The notes under the pieces: model-generated | Seen by the model: only the letters and a program-made list of their open reading frames with translations | Told to the model about the DNA's origin: nothing | The model's database searches: none | From: Eledone cirrhosa | Lineage: Eukaryota | DNA length: 64,000 nucleotides | NCBI GenBank assembly: GCA_964016885.1 | Contig: OZ024760.1 | Coordinates: forward strand, 24,056,001 to 24,120,000 | Direction of reading: 5' to 3' | Part shown: positions 55,510-64,000 of the stretch, piece after piece | How the letters are laid out: the number at the start of each line of letters is the position of its first letter | Numbering within the stretch: position 1 is the first letter of the stretch | Translations under genes and position numbers: made by a program

Positions 55510-56640
55510 GGTGTCATAACAAAAAGCACCCAGCCCACACTGTAAAGTGGTCGTGTAGGTGAGATGACAAAAAGCACCCAACCCACACTGAATGTGGTCG
55601 AGTCAGTGTCACAACAAAAAGCACCCAGCCCACACTGTAAAGTGGTCGTGTAGGTGACATGACAAAAAGCACCCAACCCACACTGAATGTGGTCGAGTCA
55701 GTGTCACAACAAAAAGCACCCAGCCCACGCTGTAAAGTGGTCGTGTAGGTGACATGACAAAAAGCACCCAACCCACACTGAATGTGGTCGAGTCAGTGTC
55801 ACAACAAAAAGCACCCAGCACACACTGTAAAGTGGTCGTGTAGGTGACATGACAAAAAGCACCCAACCCACACTGAATGTGGTTGAGTCAGTGTCACAAC
55901 AAAAAGCACCCAGCCCACACTGTAAAGTGGTCGTGTAGGTGACATGACAAAAAGCACCCAACCCACACTGAATGTGGTCGAGTCAGTGTCACAATAAAAG
56001 GCACCCAGCCCACACTGTAAAGTGGTCGTGTAGGTGACATGCAAAAAGCACCCAACCCACACTGAATGTGGTCGAGTCAGTGTCACAACAAAAAGCACCC
56101 AGCCCACACTGTAAAGTGGTCGTGTAGGTGACATGACAAAAAGCACCCAACCCACACTGAATGTGGTCGAGTCAGTGTCACAACAAAAAGCACCCAGCCC
56201 ACACTGTAAAGTGGTCGTGTAGGTGACATGACAAAAAGCACCCAACCCACACTGAATGTGGTCGAGTCAGTGTCACAACAAAAAGCACCCAACCCACACT
56301 GAATGTGGTCGAGTCAGTGTCACAACAAAAAGCACCCAGCCCACACTGTAAAGTGGTCGTGTAGGTGACATGACAAAAAGCACCCAACCCACACTGAATG
56401 TGGTCGAGTCAGTGTCACAACAAAAAGCACCCAGCCCACACTGTAAAGTGGTCGTGTAGGTGACATGACAAAAAGCACCCAACCCACACTGAATGTGGTC
56501 GAGTCAGTGTCACAACAAAAAGCACCCAGCCCACACTGTAAAGCGGTCGTGTAGGTGACATGGCAAAAAGCACCCAACCCACACTGAATGTGGTCGAGTC
56601 AGTGTCACAACAAAAAGCACCCAGCACACACTGTAAATGT
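55510..56640 (+). repeat. 95-bp dimeric (48+47) minisatellite running into an RTE-type tail
   Basis: Alternating CTGTAAAGTGGTCGTGTAGG and CTGAATGTGGTCGAGTCAG subunits. Confidence 0.95.
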
Positions 56641-57667
56641 GGCTGGTGTTAGGAAGGGCATCCAGCCGTATAAATCAAGCCAGAAGCAGTTCTATATGAG
56701 CAAGACACAGTCACCTGACCCAACTTGCCTCTAATAGGACAACCCATCTAACCCATGCTAGAACGGAAAATGGACATTAAATAATGATGATTAGGTCTGA
56801 ACATAATGGAATGAAATTCCTATTGTAACTTCCTCTGTCTCTCTCACTACAAGCTTATGCTTGTAGGTTGGTCAATAGCAGTTGTTGAGAAAGGGCCCTC
56901 ACCCTTGGTGGATCTGTGTGAGGGATGCTTCAATTTTGCCTTAGGTATTCAGCTCTCTATACCAAGGGTAATTATGGTTTTTCTAATTTTTTGTTGGAAA
57001 TCGTTTGTGTGTTTTTGTTTCTTGGTTTACAGACCATGTAGGATTCTTTTTTTAGCTAGTCAAGTACTGCTGGTTCCATATTATCAACTGTGCACCTTCT
57101 CTATTTGAACGCATGTGGTTTCATTCGTTAGAAATCACCATTATTAATGGAGAATCGAAAAGAAGTTGGGTGGTGAACAAGATTGAAAGGATTTGAAGGT
57201 AGACAGACACATTCCTTTGTTTGACCACTCTTGACTCTTTTCAAGTTGTTACTTAGAAAATATGATGACGGTGGAGAGGGAGGCACATGGCTTAGTGGTT
57301 AGAATGTCGGGCTTACAATCGTAAGGTGGTGAGTTCAATTCTCGGTCCTGGCATTGTGTTGTTCTTGAACAAGAGACTTTATTTCATGTTGCTCCAGGTT
57401 ACTCAGCTGTAGAAATGAGCTGCAATTCTGGGCTTTTTAGTTTTAGGAGAGTTAGAATTTTTGAATTTAATACCTGTATGTATAACTTTTCAATTGCAAT
57501 TAGTTGCACCAAGCAAACTTTGATATGTAAATTTGGGGGGGGGGCGGGGAGTGCTGTATTCTAATTTTTTGTGTATAAGAGGCCCCCTCCAAGGCCTAAA
57601 TACAACCCTGGAGCAGGGTATAAGGACTATATGTTTATTATATAGAAACATAGTATAAGCATTCATA

Positions 57668-59092
57668 TGGTCGTGTAAGTGACATGACAAAAAGCACCCA
57701 GCCCACACTGTAAAGTGGACATGTAGGTGACATGACAAAAAGCACCCAGCCCACACTGTAAAGTGGACATGTAGATGACATGACAATAAGCACCCAGCCC
57801 ACACTGTAAAGTGGACATGTAGGTGGCATGACAATAAGCACCCAGCCCACACTGTAAAGTGGACATGTAGGTGGCATGACAATAAGCACCCAGCCCACAC
57901 TGTAAAGTGGACATGTAGGTGGCATGACAATAAGCACCCAACCCACACTGTAAAGTGGACATGTAGGTGGCATGACAATAAGCACCCAGCCCACACTGTA
58001 AAGTGGTCATGTAGGTGTCATGACAGAAAGCACCCAGCCCACACTGTAAAGTGGTCATGTAGGTGTCATGACAAAAAGCACCCAGCCCACACTGTAAAGT
58101 GGACATGTAGGTGGCATGACAATAAGCACCCAGCCCACACTGTAAAGTGGACATGTAGGTGGCATGACAATAAGCACCCAGCCCACACTGTAAAGTGGTC
58201 ATGTAGGTGTCATGACAAAAAGCACCCAGCCCACACTGTAAAGTGGTCGTGTAGGTGTCAAGACAAAAAGCACGCAGCCCACACTGTAAAGTGGTCATGT
58301 AGGTGTCACAATAAGCACCCAGCCCACACTGTAAAGTGGACGTGTAGGTGTCACAATAAGCACCCAGCCCACACTGTAAAGTGGACGTGTAGGTGTCACA
58401 ACAATAAGCACCTAGTCCACAATTCAGGGTAGCCATCACTCCACACGACACCCACGAATTAACAATCAGGGTAGCCATCACTCCACACGACACCCAGGTT
58501 AACCGATAACCACAAATTAACAATCAGGGTAGCCATCACTCCACACGACACCCACAAATTAACAATCAGGGTAGCCATCACTCCACACGACACCCACAAA
58601 TTAACAATCAGGGTAGCCATCACTCCACATGACACCCACAAATTAACAATCAGGTTAGCCATCACTGCACACGACACCCACGTTAACCGATAACCACAAA
58701 TTAACAATCAGGTTAGCCATCACTGCACACGACACCCACGTTAACCGATAACCACAAATTAACAATCAGGTTAGCCATCACTGCACAGACACCCACGAAT
58801 TAACAATCAGGATAGCCATCACTCCACACGACACCCACGTTAACTGATAACCACAAATTAACAATCAGGTTAGCCATCACTGCACACGACACCCACGAAT
58901 TAACAATCAGGTTAGCCATCACGGCACACGACACCCAGGTTAACCGATAACTACAAATTAACAATCAGGTTAGCCATCACTCCACACGACACCCACGAAT
59001 TAACAATCAGGGTAGCCATCACTCCACACGACACCTACAAATTAACAATCAGGTTAGCCATCACTCCACACGACACCCACGTTAAACGATAA
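57668..59092 (+). repeat. 48-bp array (to about 58420) abutting an unrelated 42/58-bp array
   Basis: AAGCACCCAGCCCACACTGTAAAGTGG repeats, then AATTAACAATCAGGKTAGCCATCACTSCACACGACACCCAC repeats. Confidence 0.93.
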
Positions 59093-60092
59093 CCCCTATC
59101 ATCAAAGTGAAACACATTTCACTTCTTTTCCAGTCTTTAGGGTCTTCACCCTATTTTAAAGCATTCTCCGAGCATGAGCACACCACCCTTTATATATATA
59201 TATAACGAAGGAATTGTGGTAAGGAAGCAGATGGACAATAACGCACCAGAGTACTCAATACTTAGGGTAGTAGAGTGGGTAATAGGAAAAAGTATGACCC
59301 CAACGGCAGAGCTCAAGCCGTTTCGACGGTTATTTCTGGACTGAAATAGCCGTCGAAACGGCTTGAGCTCTGCCGTCGGGGTCATACTTTTTCCTATATA
59401 TATATATATATATATATAAACTTATTATGTAGAGGTGTTGTCGGGTCTCCATCGTTTCCTGCGACGACGGCACCAGTTGATTCAGTCAGCTAAAACTACC
59501 TGCTGGCGAAATTTAACGTGTAAAATAGCTGAGCATAACATTCCACAGACACGTGGTTCTCAGGGAGATTCGGCGTGACAATGACATGGCTAGCTCCCTT
59601 TGAATTTGAGATACAACTGATTTTTGACAGCTGGGTGGACTTGACAGTAACGTGAAACAAAGAGTCTTGCTCAAGGACACAACAGGTCGCCCGGTCGGAC
59701 AATATATATATTCTGAGTTCAAATCCCGCCGAGGTTAACTTTGCTTTTTATCATTAAGGGGGTCGATAAAATAAAGTACCAGTAATACACTGGGTTATTG
59801 CTAGCCAAATATATATATATATATATATGTGTGTGTATGTGTGTGTGTGAGTGGTGGGTGTATTGGGGTTAACTACAATTAGTAAGGTACTCAACAGTGA
59901 AGTAAGGTACTTTAGTGGAGTGTAAACATCAAGTTTAATATTGAAATGACTTCTACAGGAGAACAACTGTGTAACACAACAGAAATCATGATGATTTCTG
60001 TAGAGTGAAACAGGCCTAATCCTGTAGAAGTCATTTCTATGTTAAACTTTATATATTTATGAATATATGTATATATATATATGTTTACTCAC

Positions 60093-60118
60093 TTGCTACG
60101 CGATACAGTCGTCGCCAT
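60093..60118 (-). CDS. DCTN6: Dynactin subunit 6 (p27), exon 1: MATTVSRS(N)
   Basis: AAAATGGCG start context, 26 nt, phase-2 donor AA|GTGAGT that joins exon 2 in frame. Confidence 0.8.
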
Positions 60119-60367
60119 TTTGATTCGTGACTCCACTCACAACGAGGCTGCAATGCATGTGCACTCTTTTGTGTTTCCGTTCCTCCTCCTTCCTCGCCAT
60201 AATCACCACTGAATCTCATCCTATTCCCCTTCCTCTTACTTCCATCTCACTACAGCTGCATATACACACACATTTTCACACGCCCACTCTCACACTTAGT
60301 AAAGTGTGCGATGGCTCTTCGTCGTCCGCGACGACGAGTGTTCCGCTTGATTCGATGATAGGTAAAC
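60119..60367. promoter_or_regulatory. DCTN6 5' UTR/promoter region, possibly bidirectional
   Basis: Unique, CpG-richer island directly upstream of the ATG; plus-strand donor-like ATAG|GTAAAC at 60361. Confidence 0.45.
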
Positions 60368-61361
60368 AAACAGCCTCTACTTGAATTGAACGTGTAAGTG
60401 GCCTGGAAAATTAAAAAAATAATAATAAACATAAACAACTTCGCTATCAAACTGTCGGTCTGTTTGCCTGCCTGCCTGCTTGTCTCTCTGTCTGTCTGTC
60501 TGTCTATCTATCTGTCTCTCTGTCTCTCTATCTGTCTGACAGTCTGTCTATCTGCCTGTCAGTCTATCAGTATGTCTGTCAGTCTGTCAGTCTGTCTATC
60601 TGTCTGTTTGTCTATATGTCTGTCAATCTGTCAGTCTGTCTGTCTGTCTATCTGTCAGACTGTTTGTCTGTCTGTCTTTCTACCACATAATTTCTGTTAT
60701 AGAGCTAAAGACCTTGAACTATACCACCACCATCGCCGCCTACATTACCACCACCACCACCACCACCACCATTACCACCACCATCGCCGCCAACACCACC
60801 ATCACCACCATTACCACCACCACCACCACTACCATCAGCAATATACTACAAGTATAGCCATCACCATCATCACCATCACAAATACTACCACGACCATCCA
60901 CAACCCTCACCACCACCACCACCATCACCATCACCACCACCACCACCACACCGCACCACCACCATCACCACACCACCACCACCGCCGCCGCCGCCGTCTC
61001 CTGTAACCTTGAGATAGACATTCCTTTCTACATATTTCTTCCTCATATACTTAGATAGTTGTCTGTGTGTGTGTGTATATATATATGTACACATACATAC
61101 TCAGACACATATATACAAACATAGATACATACATACAAACATACATACATACATACATGCATACATGCATACATACATACATACATACATGCATGCATGC
61201 ATGCATGCATACATACATACATACATACATACATACATACATACATACATGCCTGCATACATACATACATACATACATACATACATACATACATACATAC
61301 ATACATACATACATACATACATACATACCTGCATATATACATACATACAAACATACATACA

Positions 61362-62076
61362 TGGTGGCTGCCAACTCGTTTTCGAGTACGGCCACTACTT
61401 TATATCCATGTAGGAGAACCCTACTGATGCGCTAACGAGTGTGACATTTTAGTCCAGCCAGCGACTTGAAAACTCTGGTAAAAACACTACACCTGTGACA
61501 ATTATTGAGACATAGTGCTGGGCCCATGGCACCATGTGACGACAAGTGCAGAGAGATCTCCAGATATAAAGCAATGCCTACATACATACATACATACATA
61601 CATACATACATACATACATACATACATACATACATACATACATACATACATAAATACATGCATACATAGTGGCTGCCCACTCGTTTTCGAGTACGGCCAC
61701 TACTTTATATCCATGTAGGAGAACCCCTACCGATGAGCTGAACGAGTGTGACTTTTTAGTCCAGCCAGCGACTTGAAAACTCTGGTACAAACACTACACT
61801 TGTGACAATTATTGACACACAGTGCTGGGTCCATGGTACCATGTGACGACAAGTGCAGAGAGATCTCCAGATATAAAGCAATGCCTGTGTCGTGAAGCTT
61901 TTATAGTGAGCAAAGGCACTGCACAAAGCCAGTCCCACTCTCTTAACCAAGATGATATTTACCAAAAAGAAGAACAAATCAACATCATTGGATACCATCA
62001 GGGTTGCAGGTGTTATATCAGAGTTTTCCTTCTCCTAGAATTCTGCCTTGACAAAGGCTAAGGGGTCATCTCTCCA
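61362..62076 (-). mobile_element. Two tandem 3' ends of a LINE with C-terminal C2H2 zinc finger and (ATGT)n tail
   Basis: CHKCSVCTRVFKSLAGLKSH.RS.H; copies at 52400-52545 and 53787-54150, diverged relative at 63000-63510. Confidence 0.75.
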
Positions 62077-62149
62077 TACATACATACATACATACATACA
62101 TACATACATACATACATACATACATACATACATACATACATACATACAT

Positions 62150-62945
62150 ACCTTCAGATTTATGCCTGTGATTATTGGGGCACTGGGGTATGTTAGTAAC
62201 TGCCTCAATACAAAACTTGAGAAGCTAGGCTTCACAGGAACAGAAAGAACACAACTAGTTAGGAAATTACAAGTACAATCCATTAATGGAACAGTAAAAA
62301 TATGTAAAACATTCCAAAAAATTTGCATCTAATAACTGCATATACACATGTACAGATACAAAGCATATAGACATGCACACATACAACTCAAAACATCCAC
62401 ATCCACACATACAATAACATCCATATCTACACATGCATGCATACATACATATCTACCTAGTTGATGTGTAAATTCCAATGAGAGAGTCTTGTGTCTATGT
62501 TAGAAACCGACTCTCTCTCTATTGGTAAAACTTTTTGAAATTATAAAACTAGAAGAACATACATACATACATATATGTTAGTAACTGCCTCAATACAAAT
62601 CTTGAGAAGCTAGGCTTCACAGGAACAGAAAGAACACAACTAGTTAGGAAACTACAAGTACAATCCATTAATGGAACAGTAAAAATATGTAAAACATTCC
62701 AAAAAATTTGCATCTAATAACTGCATATACACATGTACAGATACAAAGCATATAGACATGCACACATACAACTCAAAACATACACATCCACACATACAAT
62801 AACATCTATATCTACACATGCATACATACATAATCTACCTAGTCGATGTTGTGTAAATTCCAATGAGAGAGTCTTGTGTCTATCTTAGAAACCGACTCTC
62901 TCTCTATTGGTAAAACTTTGTGAAATTATAAAACTAGATGAACAT
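62150..62945 (+). mobile_element. Two tandem 3' ends of an R4/Dong-like restriction-like-endonuclease LINE in (ACAT)n
   Basis: [12 protein letters not shown]...LQVQSINGTVKICKTF; relative at 63560-63730 (LQMAAIAGTFKICKTFL). Confidence 0.7.
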
Positions 62946-63796
62946 ACATACATAAATATGGTGTTTGTCAGATCACCACATACATACATACATACATACA
63001 TGACGGCTGTAAACTCTGCTAAGATTGTAGAGTTTAATGCACTTTTAGGCTACGGCCAGCGACACAAACCTGTAACAGATCCTGAACAAGCAATGCCTGT
63101 GCTTTGAAGGTTTTTTTAAGTGGGAAAAGGCCTTGCACTCGACCAATCCCACTCTCTGAGCATCGAAAACACTACCTGAAAAGGAGAACTGGTCAACATC
63201 ATCGGATGCTTCCGAAGCCGCGGGATTTTTTTTTTTTTTATCAGAGTTTCCCTCTCTTAGAAAGTTCTTGTGACAACAACTGAGGGCCTTTCACTCCCAG
63301 GTGAAAAAAAAACAAAAGTACTATTTGGATGGCTGTTGACTCTATTGAGTTCCTCTGCGCTTTTGTCAGGTTTTGCTTTTATCCTGCAGGGTGTCCAAAA
63401 TCACCCGCCTCACTTCACTAAGCAAGCTTGGTGGGGTTGCCGGTTTAGTTGCCGATGTTCCGACTATGAGACAGTTTGTACTGGGTTACATGTTACCAGT
63501 AGTACTCGAGAGCGACATACATACCAAACACATACATACATACATACATACATACATACAAAGCGCAGCTCCCTAATTCATAGTCTACAAATGGCTGCGA
63601 TAGCTGGCACCTTCAAAATTTGCAAAACATTCTTGCGATTCAAGGGATGACAATTTCTTTTCTTTTACAACCTTGCCACCAGGAAGGTGGCCGGTCAAAA
63701 AAATATACTCGAAATTAAGAGAAAGAGAAAACATACATACATACATACATACATACATACATACATACATACATACATACATACATACATACACAC

Positions 63797-63868
<72 letters not shown>

Positions 63869-64000
63869 ACATACATATATATATAAATATATATACACAC
63901 AACACACACCGTTTGGAAAGCCCTTAAGAAAGTTCCCCAATATTTCAAACAGCTGTTTATTACTCAATACTGTAGCACCATCTGACATGAAATAGATAGA

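Overview
AT-rich, repeat-dense animal genomic DNA. The SINE and microsatellite landscape suggests an octopus-like cephalopod (inference). The only well-supported protein-coding gene is a complete 7-exon dynactin subunit 6 (DCTN6/p27) on the minus strand (ATG 60118, stop 9076, 183 aa), whose 9.35-kb intron 4 is a U12-type GT-AG intron. Most listed ORFs are artefacts of microsatellites, minisatellites and SINEs. The introns hold tRNA-derived SINEs, RTE and R4/Dong-like LINE ends, MITEs, a back-to-back Helitron pair and many LINE-derived minisatellites. The most notable signal is a set of at least five unrelated short element families sitting in (TA)n tracts. They carry type I hammerhead ribozyme motifs (CUGANGA...GAAA...NUH), are mostly arranged as long inverted repeats, and several share a YGAGTRCT tail motif. 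This fits microsatellite-targeting Penelope-like element termini or non-autonomous ribozyme retroelements, with no recognisable coding partner in the window.
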